From: an uncultured Dehalococcoidales bacterium | Lineage (GTDB): Bacteria; Chloroflexota; Dehalococcoidia; GIF9; UBA5629 | Direction: 5' to 3' | DNA: 46,394 nt | NCBI GenBank assembly: GCA_964545945.1 | Contig: CAZJID010000004.1 | Coordinates: forward strand, 1-46,394 | In this document: positions 20,368 to 29,606 of the stretch, piece after piece | How the letters are laid out: every line of letters begins with the position of its first letter | How positions within the stretch are numbered: position 1 is the stretch's first letter | Notes under the pieces: model-generated | The model's database searches: none | Told to the model about the DNA's origin: nothing | The model's input: the letters and a program-made list of their open reading frames with translations, nothing else | Translations under genes and position numbers: made by a program

Positions 20368-21703
20368 ATCAAAAGAGGATAGTCCATCTGATTCGACTTG
20401 CCCGGTATGTAAAGGTGCTGGTTTTATCCATCCGTTATCGGCGTCAGGACAACCTGATTTCGGTCGAGTTGTTCCCTGCCGGTGCAGCCGTCAGGGATTA
20501 AAAAAGGAGAAGCTAAATCAGCTTCAGCAGTATAGCAACCTTGGCGCCTTGTCACGGCTCACGTTCGATAGCCTCTCGCCAACCGGTAGACATACCGATG
20601 CTGTGCTGCAGCAGAATTTCACGCGAGCTTACGAAGCCGCTAAAACGTTTGCCGGTGAGCCAAAGGGTTGGTTGATTTTAGTTGGCCCCAGTGGTAGTGG
20701 AAAAACACATCTTGCCTGTGCCATCGCCAGTTTCCGTTTGAACCAGGGACAGTCCGCGTTTTATATAGGTGCCGCCGATCTGCTGGACCATCTCCGCAGC
20801 GCCTTTAGCCCCAGCAGTGAAGTTGCCTACGACGAATTGTTCGAGCGAGTGAGAAATACGCCGCTTCTGATTCTGGATGACCTGACTATGACGGCTACCA
20901 CTCCTTGGGCTAAGGGCAAGCTGGAACAATTGCTGGATTATCGTTTCAATATGCGCCTACCCACGGTAATTACTACCGATACACCGATTGATGACTTTGA
21001 TGAAGGTTTGCGAGGCCATCTGGCAGATTCCGAAATATGCAGAGTATACGTAATCCGTGGAAAATCGACATTGACTCTGGAACACCTGGGCAGTATCGAC
21101 CTGGAAGCGCTGCGCCGGAAAGCCTTCGCCAATTATGATTATAAATTAGCTAACCTGTCACCTGAGGAACGCCAGAGCTTAGAACAGGCATATCGTAATG
21201 CCGTTAATTTTGCCAAATCTCCGGAGGGCTGGCTAGTTTTCATGGGTGTCAACGGCTGCGGCAAAACTCACCTGGCGGCAGCCATTGCTAACAGCCTGCG
21301 CCAAGAGGGCAAGTCAGTGCTGTTCATAGTGGTCACCGACCTTTTAGATTATTTGCGTTCCACCTTTAATCCGGAAAGCAGGGTGTCCTATGATGAGCTC
21401 TTCGAGAGAATTAAAAAAACCCCGGTCCTTATACTCGACGATTTCGGCGAGCAGTCAGCTACATCATGGGCACAGGAAAAGCTTTATCAACTGATAAACT
21501 ATCGTTATAATGCCAGGCTGGCTACGGTAATCACTACCTGTCTGTCTCTGGATGAGATTGAAAGCCGCATCAGCTCGCGCATGGTTGACCCCAGCCTCAG
21601 TCTCGTACTGAGAATTAATGCCCCTGATTATCGTGGTGATATAAAAGCCCCGAAGGCCCGCGAAACCAAATCGCAACAGCGCTATGCACGACGAAACCGT
21701 TAG
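20279..21703 (+). CDS. Tandem (duplicated) DnaC/IstB-type AAA+ ATPase with an N-terminal CxxCxGxG zinc motif
   Basis: 474 aa. Module 1 has Walker A GPSGSGKT (nt 20684-20707) and Walker B LLILDD. Module 2 has Walker A GVNGCGKT (nt 21245-21268) and Walker B VLILDD. The modules are colinear and roughly half-identical by eye. The N-terminus carries CPVCKGAG...CRC. Confidence 0.8.
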   Translation: MMESLGEILKKGETAKSTSKASTDTWSKDKSKEDSPSDSTCPVCKGAGFIHPLSASGQPDFGRVVPCRCSRQGLKKEKLNQLQQYSNLGALSRLTFDSLSPTGRHTDAVLQQNFTRAYEAAKTFAGEPKGWLILVGPSGSGKTHLACAIASFRLNQGQSAFYIGAADLLDHLRSAFSPSSEVAYDELFERVRNTPLLILDDLTMTATTPWAKGKLEQLLDYRFNMRLPTVITTDTPIDDFDEGLRGHLADSEICRVYVIRGKSTLTLEHLGSIDLEALRRKAFANYDYKLANLSPEERQSLEQAYRNAVNFAKSPEGWLVFMGVNGCGKTHLAAAIANSLRQEGKSVLFIVVTDLLDYLRSTFNPESRVSYDELFERIKKTPVLILDDFGEQSATSWAQEKLYQLINYRYNARLATVITTCLSLDEIESRISSRMVDPSLSLVLRINAPDYRGDIKAPKARETKSQQRYARRNR

Positions 21704-21722
21704 CTTCTTGCGTTTGTAGGTC

Positions 21723-22271
21723 GTGGCTTTTCTTGCTAAAATAACCAAAATCGTTCGGGTAAGCATCGTGGTAAATTCACCGGTCTTAGTGCTTAATCAA
21801 AATTATGAGCCGCTTAACATATGCAGGGTGCGCCGGGCCATAGTTTTGCTTTTCCGCGGCAAGGCTGAGGTTCTGGAGAACGGGCGGGGAAGCCTCCACT
21901 CAATGGAAGGCGTTTTCGAAATTCCGTCTGTTATCAGGCTAGGTTATTTTATCAAGCGTCCAAGGCAGCAGCGGAAATTGACTAAGCTCGAGGTTTTTAA
22001 TCGCGACCAGTATATTTGCCAGTACTGCGGCCGTGCGGATAATGACCTGACTCTGGACCACGTCATGCCGCGGCGGCGAGGCGGCCAACACAGCTGGGAG
22101 AATGTAGTAAGCGCCTGCATACCTTGTAATCGACGTAAGGCTGGCCGAACACCATCCGAGGCCGGGATGCCGCTCTTACATCAGCCGAAGCCGCCACGCA
22201 ACGACGGTTTTTACGTGCCCTTCCAGTACCTGCGTGTCCACACCGAGTGGCAGAAGTACGTTCCTCAGTGA
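21723..22271 (+). CDS. HNH endonuclease
   Basis: 182 aa. It has the N-terminal VLVLNQNYEPLNICRVRRAIVLLFRGKAEVLE domain, then CQYCG...LTLDHVMPRRRGGQHSWENVVSACIPCNRRK (HNH with a CxxC...CxxC zinc site). The start (GTG at 21723) is uncertain. Confidence 0.8.
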   Translation: MAFLAKITKIVRVSIVVNSPVLVLNQNYEPLNICRVRRAIVLLFRGKAEVLENGRGSLHSMEGVFEIPSVIRLGYFIKRPRQQRKLTKLEVFNRDQYICQYCGRADNDLTLDHVMPRRRGGQHSWENVVSACIPCNRRKAGRTPSEAGMPLLHQPKPPRNDGFYVPFQYLRVHTEWQKYVPQ

Positions 22272-23107
22272 ACGTGAGTCTTTGCCTGCTGGCTGTCACC
22301 TTCAGATTTTGCTTGCCATTTTACCTGGCTGACGGGTAATTCAACTGTAACCCCAGTTTCCAATTCTACGGTCACCGTCTCTTTGATCGGATTACAGCTG
22401 ACAACTTTAGCGTTTCCCAGATTTGTTGAAACCTCTTGTTTTAAAGCCGGCATTTTTTCTTTCGTTGACCTGTATTGCTCGTACTCGTAGCCCAAACAGC
22501 AGAGGAGCCGACCACAAATACCGGATGTTTTCATTGGATTAAGTGTTATATCCTGCTCCTTTGCCATCTTTATGGAAACCGGCGCAAACTCGCTCAGAAA
22601 TGTAGTGCAGCAAAGCTGGCAGCCGCATTTTCCTAGGCCACCGACAAGCTTTGCCTCGTCTCTGGCTCCGACCTGTCTCAGTTCGACCCGTGCCTTGAGG
22701 TTCCGACTTAACTCGCGAACCAATTCGCGGAAATCGACTCTCTTTTCAGCACTGAAGAAAACGGTAAGGTGACTTCCGTCCAGATTATAATGGGCGGAAA
22801 TCGGTTTCATTGGCAGGTTGAGTTTTTGAATTAACTCCCGGCATTTGGCCATAGCGTTCTTTGCCCGCTCCTGTTGGCGGCCGGCTCTTTCTATATCTTC
22901 GGCCGATGCTTTGCGGATAACTGGTTTTAGAGGCTCTGGTATTTCACTATGAATATCCTGATTCGGGGAAATGGCCACCTTACCGAGGTCGTGGCCGCGG
23001 CTGGTCTCGACTACCACATCATCGTCTACTTCCAGTGGTATATCGGCAGCGTCAAAGTAGTAGACTTTGCCTGCAGACTGTAAACGAACTCCTACTGTTT
23101 CTGACAT
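22265..23107 (-). CDS. PSP1-domain protein (RicT/YaaT-like)
   Basis: 280 aa with a PSP1 C-terminal domain pattern and Cys cluster (GKCGCQLCCTTFL, GICGRLLCCLGYE). It lies directly downstream of holB, as in the Firmicute holB-yaaT arrangement. Confidence 0.85.
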   Translation of the reverse strand: MSETVGVRLQSAGKVYYFDAADIPLEVDDDVVVETSRGHDLGKVAISPNQDIHSEIPEPLKPVIRKASAEDIERAGRQQERAKNAMAKCRELIQKLNLPMKPISAHYNLDGSHLTVFFSAEKRVDFRELVRELSRNLKARVELRQVGARDEAKLVGGLGKCGCQLCCTTFLSEFAPVSIKMAKEQDITLNPMKTSGICGRLLCCLGYEYEQYRSTKEKMPALKQEVSTNLGNAKVVSCNPIKETVTVELETGVTVELPVSQVKWQAKSEGDSQQAKTHVH

Positions 23108-23109
23108 TA

Positions 23110-24144
23110 TTATTTCATGGGCTCGGATAATGTTTCCGGCGCCCTCTCCTTTCTTGGTATATTCAGCATAAGTATTTCATATACTAAGCGCAAATTGGCA
23201 TTCAGTGCAATTTGATTTAGCGAATTGTCCATACAATCAATGAAATCCTTGGCCTCGGATAAACTCATCACTTCAGCCCACCTTTCAAATAGAGGTATGT
23301 AATCGATATTGATGACCGCCTGCTCGCAGCCGCATTTGGTCAGCATCAGGTCCCGCCACCAGCCCAGCCAGAGTTTTATAATTTCTTCGGCCGCTTTACG
23401 TTCGTTGGCAAGCTTGGCAGCATAATTGAATCGCTCATCCCAGCTAGCGGTTAGCAAAGAAATCATCTCGGTCAGCCTCTGATTCCGTTGCTCCAGATAG
23501 CTATCGTCGAGTGAAACGCTTAATGCCCAACCTAGGCAGCCATGCGACAATCGTGCCAAAAGTCCGGCCTTATCAGCTTCGATTCCGTGCGATTCTATGA
23601 TCATTTTTTCGATTTCCTTAATCGGCAGAGGCTTCAGTTCCAGACGCTGGCATCGTGATACAACGGTAGGCAGCAGTCGCGACTCTTCTGTAGTCAGCAG
23701 AAGAATAATTACTTGTGGCGGCGGCTCCTCTATTGTCTTGAGCAAACAATTTGCCGCTTCGGTAGATAAATATTCAGCGCCATCGATTATAAAGACCTTG
23801 TATTTACCTTCAAATGGGGGCAAGCTGGCATCGTGCTGTAGCTCTCTGACGTCATCGATGCCGATTTCGACGCGCGTTTTCGTATCACCAGCCTCTTTGT
23901 TTGAGTTCAAGCTGATTATTCGAATGTCAGTATGCTTGCCTTCAATAATTCTCTGGCAGGATGGGCATTGTCCGCACGGCGGCTCTTTTCCCTGGCAGTT
24001 GACTGCCCGGGCCAAGTCGAGAGCCAGCGTCGTCTTACCTATGTGAGGCGCACCGACCATCAGGTAAGCATGAGCCAGATTGCCGGTCTCAAGGCTGTGT
24101 TTAAATAAAGCTGAAGCTTCCGATTGTCCGATTGTCTGCCACAT
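23110..24144 (-). CDS. holB: DNA polymerase III subunit delta prime
   Basis: 344 aa with LAHAYLMVGAPHIGKTT, the zinc module CGQCPSCQRI, and SRCQRLELKPL (sensor/SRC motif). Confidence 0.85.
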   Translation of the reverse strand: MWQTIGQSEASALFKHSLETGNLAHAYLMVGAPHIGKTTLALDLARAVNCQGKEPPCGQCPSCQRIIEGKHTDIRIISLNSNKEAGDTKTRVEIGIDDVRELQHDASLPPFEGKYKVFIIDGAEYLSTEAANCLLKTIEEPPPQVIILLLTTEESRLLPTVVSRCQRLELKPLPIKEIEKMIIESHGIEADKAGLLARLSHGCLGWALSVSLDDSYLEQRNQRLTEMISLLTASWDERFNYAAKLANERKAAEEIIKLWLGWWRDLMLTKCGCEQAVINIDYIPLFERWAEVMSLSEAKDFIDCMDNSLNQIALNANLRLVYEILMLNIPRKERAPETLSEPMK

Positions 24145-24146
24145 AA

Positions 24147-25475
24147 TTACTGAACTACATCCAATCTCATCAGGTCATTATAAGTTTCGCGCTTGCGGAT
24201 GACACGGGCGTTTCCGTCATTTACCATGACGATAGCCGGCCTTGGGACCATGTTATAGTTGCTCGACATGGGTATGGAATAGGCGCCGCTGACCGGTATA
24301 GCTATAATATCTCCGGCCGACACGGGAGCCAGATTTACATCTCTGGCTAAAATATCACCTGACTCGCAATATTTGCCGGCGATAGTAACCATTGTCGACT
24401 CCTTATCTCCAGCCTTGTTTGCGGCCAGAGCTTCGTATCCGGCTTCATACAGCGCCGGGCGGATGTTATCTCCCATACCGCCGTCCACGCAGACGTATTT
24501 CCGTACTCCGGGTATCTCTTTTACGGAACCGACAGTGTACAAGGCAACCCCGGCTTGCGCTACCACGGCTCTACCGGGCTCAATGATTAGCTTCGGGCTA
24601 GACAAGCCGAGCTTTTCTACCAAGTCTGAAACCGCAGTAGTTATAGCTTCGGCGTAATCAACTATGCCCGGTATCTGCTGGTCTAGAGTATACCTGACGG
24701 CGAAGCCGCCGCCCGTGCTGAGCTCAACTAAGGAAAGACCATGTCTGCCTTTCATTTCCCTGGCGAAATTAAGTACTAGGTTTATAGCTGTCTCGTAAGG
24801 AGAAGGACCCTCTATCGGCGAGCCCAGGTGGAAGTGAAGCCCCAATAGTTTAAGATTTGAAGCTGATTTGGCCCTGGATACTGCTGCTTCAGCCTGTCCT
24901 TCAGCCAGAGAAAAGCCGAACTTGCTATCCAGAATGCCGGTCGTGGTGTGGCGATGGGTATGCGGGTCGACGTCCGGCGTCAGGCGAAGCAAAATATCCT
25001 GTCTGATTCCATTATCGCGGGCTAACGAGTCGAGCAATTCCATCTCGTGTAAATTGTCGACTACAATCCGTCCAATTCCCCAGTCCAGAGCCAGCTTTAG
25101 CTCGTCAGCTGTCTTATTATTGCCGTGGAAGTATACGTTTTCGCTGGGAAAGTTAACCGATTGAGCCACACTGAGCTCTCCGCCGGAAACGACATCGAGT
25201 CCCAAGCCTTCTTCCTTGATAATTCCGGCCAGTGTCCGGTTAAGGAAGGCTTTTGAAGCGTAGGCAATGATTGTTCCGGGATAACGCGTGGTGAACTCGG
25301 TCTTAAACTCCCGGCATTTGGAGCGGAGGGTATTCTCGTCGAAAACGTACAGTGGGGTGCCGAATTTCTTACACAGGTCAACACAGTCGCAGCCACTTAT
25401 AAGAAGGTGACCCTGACTGTCAATCTTCGTTGTTAAAGGAAACAGTGATAGCTTATGTAAATCGCCCTGGCGCAT
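24147..25475 (-). CDS. lysA: Diaminopimelate decarboxylase
   Basis: 442 aa, fold-type III PLP decarboxylase (YASKAF, HFHLGS, GGGF, EPGRAVV, CESGD). Confidence 0.9.
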   Translation of the reverse strand: MRQGDLHKLSLFPLTTKIDSQGHLLISGCDCVDLCKKFGTPLYVFDENTLRSKCREFKTEFTTRYPGTIIAYASKAFLNRTLAGIIKEEGLGLDVVSGGELSVAQSVNFPSENVYFHGNNKTADELKLALDWGIGRIVVDNLHEMELLDSLARDNGIRQDILLRLTPDVDPHTHRHTTTGILDSKFGFSLAEGQAEAAVSRAKSASNLKLLGLHFHLGSPIEGPSPYETAINLVLNFAREMKGRHGLSLVELSTGGGFAVRYTLDQQIPGIVDYAEAITTAVSDLVEKLGLSSPKLIIEPGRAVVAQAGVALYTVGSVKEIPGVRKYVCVDGGMGDNIRPALYEAGYEALAANKAGDKESTMVTIAGKYCESGDILARDVNLAPVSAGDIIAIPVSGAYSIPMSSNYNMVPRPAIVMVNDGNARVIRKRETYNDLMRLDVVQ

Positions 25476-25642
25476 TTATTAATCATCCGGTTATATTTAG
25501 ACATAATACACCGTAATTATACTATTCTGATAGCTGATGTGCCATCCCGATTAATTCGTAAGAGGTATTAGCTATGCGAGGCGATATTAGGCTACCTGGG
25601 TGTTGCTGCACAGGTAACATGTAAATTCGAAATTTAGGATGT

Positions 25643-26581
25643 TTACTCAGTGTTGTTGCTAGGAGACGGTAAATTGCGTGCTCGTTCCAGGTAGCATTGC
25701 CAGCGGGTATTTATCCAGTCCTGCAATTCAGATATTTGCTTCTCGGTAATATCTTTGAACCTGCCTTGCAGAGCCAGATATTCTTTTACCGGCTTTAGCT
25801 TACCTTTGCGGGCAAGAGATGCGCTGGTGGAGGTGAGATGGAAGACACCGTCCTGAATCTCGTAGAGCACGACCAGCCCTGTTTCTACTGCCAGCTGTCC
25901 GATTTTTATGGTGTCGTTGTAGGCGAATTGCCATCCAGGGGCACAGGGTGCAAACACGTGTATGAACTTGGTGCCCTTTATATTTTTTGCTTTTCTCACT
26001 TTTTCGTACAGGTCCAGGGGATAAGAGGCGTTTGCAGTGGCTACATACGGTAGGCGGTGAGCTTCCATTATGGCGGCTATGTCTTTCGGGTTCTGCCTTT
26101 TACCCAGTATGGGCGTGGTGCCCGTGATGGCACCCAGCGGCGTGGAACCGGAACGCTGGTTACCCGTATTCATATAGGCCTCGTTGTCATAGCAGATGTA
26201 GATAAAATTCTCCTGCCTCTCGGCAGCTCCGCTTAGCGATTGAATGCCGATATCGTGTGTACCGCCGTCGCCGGCCACGGCCAGTACGGTTACTCCTTTT
26301 CTACCGGTGGCCCTAAGTCCGGCAACCAGGCCGGTTGCGGAGGCCGCGGTAGAGGCAAAAGGCGTGTTGACACAGGGAACCGTAACCGACGTTATGGGAT
26401 ACATGCCGTGCAAAACGGTGAGGCAGCTTGCCGGCACTGTGACAATAACCTGCCCCTCCAGGGCTTTCAAGATGTGACGGTAGGCCAAAGCCATGGCACA
26501 GCCGGGGCAGGTTCTGTTGCCCGGCAGCGAGTATTCCTTTTCAGTCAGGTTGACTGCATTAACTTTCAAGTAAAACCTCAC
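25643..26581 (-). CDS. 2-oxoacid:ferredoxin oxidoreductase, beta (TPP-binding) subunit
   Basis: 312 aa with CPGC near the N-terminus and the GDGG TPP motif (AVAGDGGTHDIG). Confidence 0.9.
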   Translation of the reverse strand: MRFYLKVNAVNLTEKEYSLPGNRTCPGCAMALAYRHILKALEGQVIVTVPASCLTVLHGMYPITSVTVPCVNTPFASTAASATGLVAGLRATGRKGVTVLAVAGDGGTHDIGIQSLSGAAERQENFIYICYDNEAYMNTGNQRSGSTPLGAITGTTPILGKRQNPKDIAAIMEAHRLPYVATANASYPLDLYEKVRKAKNIKGTKFIHVFAPCAPGWQFAYNDTIKIGQLAVETGLVVLYEIQDGVFHLTSTSASLARKGKLKPVKEYLALQGRFKDITEKQISELQDWINTRWQCYLERARNLPSPSNNTE

Positions 26582-27805
26582 TCAGATATAGCATATCCAT
26601 TCCGGATATTCGGCGTTCAAAGCGCCTGATTTCATCAATGGCAGCGCGCTCCTTACGGCATCCGCCAGCTCCCTGGCTTTAACATCCCGTCCGCCCAGTC
26701 CCACAATAAAGTTTCGTATGACCGCCTCCGTCTTGCTCCCGTACAATGCCGACTTGATTTCCGAACAGGTAGCTCCCTCGGAACCGTAGCTGATGTTCTT
26801 GTCGAAAACCGCAACTAATCGGGCTTTTCCGAGCGCCTTTACAATAGCGGCTTTAGGAAACGGCCTGAAAGCCCTTAGACCCAGCACCCCAATCTTGTTA
26901 CCTTCTTCCCTGAGCATTTTTGCGGCCACTGTGGCTTCCATAGCCAGGCTGCCCATGGCAACGATTATGATATCGGCATCGTCTGTGTCGTTTTGCCAGA
27001 ACATACCGGAATAGTCCCGACCGAACAATTTGCCGAATTCCTCCCCGACCTTACCAATTGTCTCGGCTGAGTTTTGCAATGCCTCCTGAAGCAGGTATCT
27101 CAGCTCCATATACCCGTGGCAGAGAACCCCGTCGGCGTTAGCTCTGGGGTCGGCGAGGGTTACCAGATTGTAGTTTTTAGGATTGGCCGGGTCCAGTGTT
27201 GTATGAGATTTATAGGGCGGCAGGAATTTATCCACCGCTATCTGCGATGGCACTTCGACAGGCATTTCGGTGTGAGATAGAATATAGCCGTCGTAACACA
27301 CCATAACCGGTATGTACACTGTTTCCGCAATCTTGTATGCCTGGATAATAGTATCCAGAATTTCCTGGTTATTGCGAGCATATAGCTGTATCCAGCCGGT
27401 ATCGCGCTGCGATATGGAGTCCTGCTGGTCGTTTAATATATTCCAGGGCGCGCCCATGGCACGGTTAACGCAGGCAAGTACTATCGGCAGGCGAGCTCCA
27501 GCGGCCCAGTGCAGCATTTCGTGCATGTAGGCCAATCCGTGAGCGCTGGTGGCGGTGAATGTCCTGGCTCCCACCAGCGAGGCAGAGGTGCAGACCGCCA
27601 GCGCACTGTGCTCGCTCTCTACGGCGATGTATTCAGATTTGAGGTCGCCTCGTTCTACAAACTCGGATAGCACTTCCGTGACCGGTGTCTGCGGGGTAAT
27701 CGGGTAGGCAGCGATGACCTGTACGCGGCTCAACCTGGCACCTTCGGCGGCGGCCTGATTGCCGTCCAGTAAACGGATATTTGCTTTTCTAATGCTTTTA
27801 GCCAA
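26582..27805 (-). CDS. 2-oxoacid:ferredoxin oxidoreductase, alpha subunit
   Basis: 407 aa with LLDGNQAAAEGARLSRVQVIAAYPITPQT, typical of PorA/VorA. TTG start. Confidence 0.9.
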   Translation of the reverse strand: MAKSIRKANIRLLDGNQAAAEGARLSRVQVIAAYPITPQTPVTEVLSEFVERGDLKSEYIAVESEHSALAVCTSASLVGARTFTATSAHGLAYMHEMLHWAAGARLPIVLACVNRAMGAPWNILNDQQDSISQRDTGWIQLYARNNQEILDTIIQAYKIAETVYIPVMVCYDGYILSHTEMPVEVPSQIAVDKFLPPYKSHTTLDPANPKNYNLVTLADPRANADGVLCHGYMELRYLLQEALQNSAETIGKVGEEFGKLFGRDYSGMFWQNDTDDADIIIVAMGSLAMEATVAAKMLREEGNKIGVLGLRAFRPFPKAAIVKALGKARLVAVFDKNISYGSEGATCSEIKSALYGSKTEAVIRNFIVGLGGRDVKARELADAVRSALPLMKSGALNAEYPEWICYI

Positions 27806-27821
27806 AATAGCCTTTCTATAA

Positions 27822-28097
27822 TTAGACCATGGTTATTGCCTGGCCCGGGCACACCTGACTGCAAATCCCACAGCCCTTACAATAGTCCATATTTATCTTG
27901 ACTGGTATCGTTTTCTGAATTACAGCTTCCGGACAGTACAGCCAGCATATAAAACATGAAGGTTTGTTTTGTCTGGCCGGAGTGCACTTACTGTGATCTA
28001 TGACGGGCATAAAGATCCGCCACTCGCCGGTCTTGCCAGCTTCGCCAATGGCCGGGGACGATTCATCGCAAATATGTTTGCAATCTCTGGTTCCCAT
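27822..28097 (-). CDS. 2-oxoacid:ferredoxin oxidoreductase, delta subunit (4Fe-4S dicluster ferredoxin)
   Basis: 91 aa with CxxCxxCxxxCP-type motifs (CFICWLYCP, CKGCGICSQVCP). Confidence 0.85.
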   Translation of the reverse strand: MGTRDCKHICDESSPAIGEAGKTGEWRIFMPVIDHSKCTPARQNKPSCFICWLYCPEAVIQKTIPVKINMDYCKGCGICSQVCPGQAITMV

Positions 28098-28101
28098 GTT
28101 T

Positions 28102-28680
28102 TTACCTCTTCCTGTCCAGCCTGGTTATTTCGTATGTCTTTTCGATAGCGGCCAGGTTAATGCCTACGGCGTTATTGGTAAATCGTTCCTTTATTACTTT
28201 TTCAATGCTGGATATATCGACTATCTGGGTGGCACAGGCCAGAGCGCCCAGCATGGCCGTATTGACCATCGGCAGGCCACCTACCATAAGTCCGAGTTCC
28301 CGGCACACCTTGGTTGCGTCAGCGGATGCAATGTTGAAGTTACCTTTGATTTTTAGCTCCTGTGGCCGCAGGGAGGAATTGACTATCAGCCATCCCTGGC
28401 TGCTCAGGCCGCTTATTACATCTTCGTATTCAAGCAGTGACTGGTCTAGAACAACGACGGCACTTGGTTTTTCTACCTGTGAGACTACCGGTACGGGTTC
28501 GGTGGAAATCCGGGTCAGGGCGCTTACAGGTACGCCTCTTCTCTCAGCGCCGAAGGATGGTGCTGCGGTTACACCTTTATATCCCTTGAAGTGTGCTGCC
28601 TGAGCAATTATTTTGGCAGCAGTCACAGCTCCCTGTCCACCCCGTCCGTGCCATCTGATCTCGTAAAGCTTTGCGGTCAC
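28102..28680 (-). CDS. 2-oxoacid:ferredoxin oxidoreductase, gamma subunit
   Basis: 192 aa with EIRWHGRGGQGAVTAAKIIAQAA, typical of PorG. GTG start. The gene order gamma-delta-alpha-beta matches four-subunit POR/VOR enzymes. Confidence 0.9.
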   Translation of the reverse strand: MTAKLYEIRWHGRGGQGAVTAAKIIAQAAHFKGYKGVTAAPSFGAERRGVPVSALTRISTEPVPVVSQVEKPSAVVVLDQSLLEYEDVISGLSSQGWLIVNSSLRPQELKIKGNFNIASADATKVCRELGLMVGGLPMVNTAMLGALACATQIVDISSIEKVIKERFTNNAVGINLAAIEKTYEITRLDRKR

Positions 28681-28731
28681 TGGGATTTCTTGGCCTTTCT
28701 AGTCGATATTTTTCGAGGCGAACAAGGATAT

Positions 28732-28761
28732 ATGTTAGCTCTCGGCTATCGTTCGTGTCAA
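28732..28761 (-). promoter_or_regulatory. Candidate sigma-70 promoter for the oxidoreductase operon
   Basis: On the minus strand, TTGACA (28761-28756), an 18-nt spacer, then TAACAT (28737-28732), about 50 nt upstream of the porG-like start. Confidence 0.3.
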
Positions 28762-28789
28762 ACGAATAAATACTTGGACGGTATTACGT

Positions 28790-29569
28790 TTATTTGCCTA
28801 TTACAATGCCGGCAGGGTCTATTTCCCGGCGCAATATTTTCAGGTCTGCATCAGCAGGCTCGGAGCTGGTCGTAATCTTTGATGATAGTAGGATGTCGAA
28901 TGAGCTGTTCGCTTTTACCTCGTCGATAGTGACACCCGGGTGCAGTGAGATAAGCTTTAACCTCTTGGTTCTGTCATCGAAGCCATACATGCCTAATTGC
29001 GTAATGACACGGTAGGGTCCCGTGTCTTTTGGTAAGCCGGCTTTCTCTCTGGCATTCGGGCCGTCTAGAAATCCGGGTGTCGTCAGGAAATCGAGCTTAT
29101 CTACGAATGTTCGTTTTGATTGTTTGGCAACGATAATGATGAGTTTGTGGGCGAAAGAGGCCACGTCATTGGCGCCACCGCTGCCCGGCAGGCGGCTTTT
29201 GGGCAATTCATGGTCACCGATAACGGTGGTATTGATATTTCCGTACATATCCATCTGAGCAGCGCCCAGAAATCCGAAATCGATGTACCCAGCCTGTGAC
29301 AGTGACATGGTATCGTGCATGCTCGAGGCCGAAACGGCTCGATAAAAGGTCCTTGATTCACCAACTGAAACCGGTAGTTCGGGCAGTAGCGGGCCCAGCC
29401 CTCCGGCTTCAAATACAATAACCAGTTTGGGTGCGTGGGTTTTTTGAGCCAGCATGGCGGCTATGATAGGAAAGCCGGTGCCGACAAAGACCGTTTTTCT
29501 ATCTTCGAGCAAGCTGGCGCCGGTAAAGGCTAAGAACTCTCTAGTGTTATATCTATCTTCTGTTAGCAT
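28790..29569 (-). CDS. Family I CoA-transferase, subunit B (glutaconate / 3-oxoacid CoA-transferase-like)
   Basis: 259 aa with the VIVFEAGGLGP active-site Glu context and the GSGGANDV motif. Confidence 0.85.
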   Translation of the reverse strand: MLTEDRYNTREFLAFTGASLLEDRKTVFVGTGFPIIAAMLAQKTHAPKLVIVFEAGGLGPLLPELPVSVGESRTFYRAVSASSMHDTMSLSQAGYIDFGFLGAAQMDMYGNINTTVIGDHELPKSRLPGSGGANDVASFAHKLIIIVAKQSKRTFVDKLDFLTTPGFLDGPNAREKAGLPKDTGPYRVITQLGMYGFDDRTKRLKLISLHPGVTIDEVKANSSFDILLSSKITTSSEPADADLKILRREIDPAGIVIGK

Positions 29570-29606
29570 AATATGTGTTTTGCCTCCCAGCTATTTGGCA
29601 GCTCAG

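Noticed and set aside
20279-21703. The IstB-like ATPase as the helper gene of an IS21-family mobile element.
   Set aside because: There is no IstA transposase and I saw no terminal inverted repeats. The gene sits between dnaB / DnaD-like and housekeeping genes, which fits a replicative helicase loader.
20279-22271. The ATPase plus HNH pair as a Septu-like (PtuA/PtuB) defence system.
   Set aside because: The ATPase is DnaC/IstB-type AAA+, not the ABC/AAA_15-type PtuA. The context is a dnaB-dnaD operon.
25476-25642. A lysine (L-box) riboswitch upstream of lysA.
   Set aside because: The 167-nt leader is AT-rich and shows none of the conserved L-box core segments on the lysA strand. I found only a TATAAT-like hexamer (25516-25521, minus strand) without a convincing -35.
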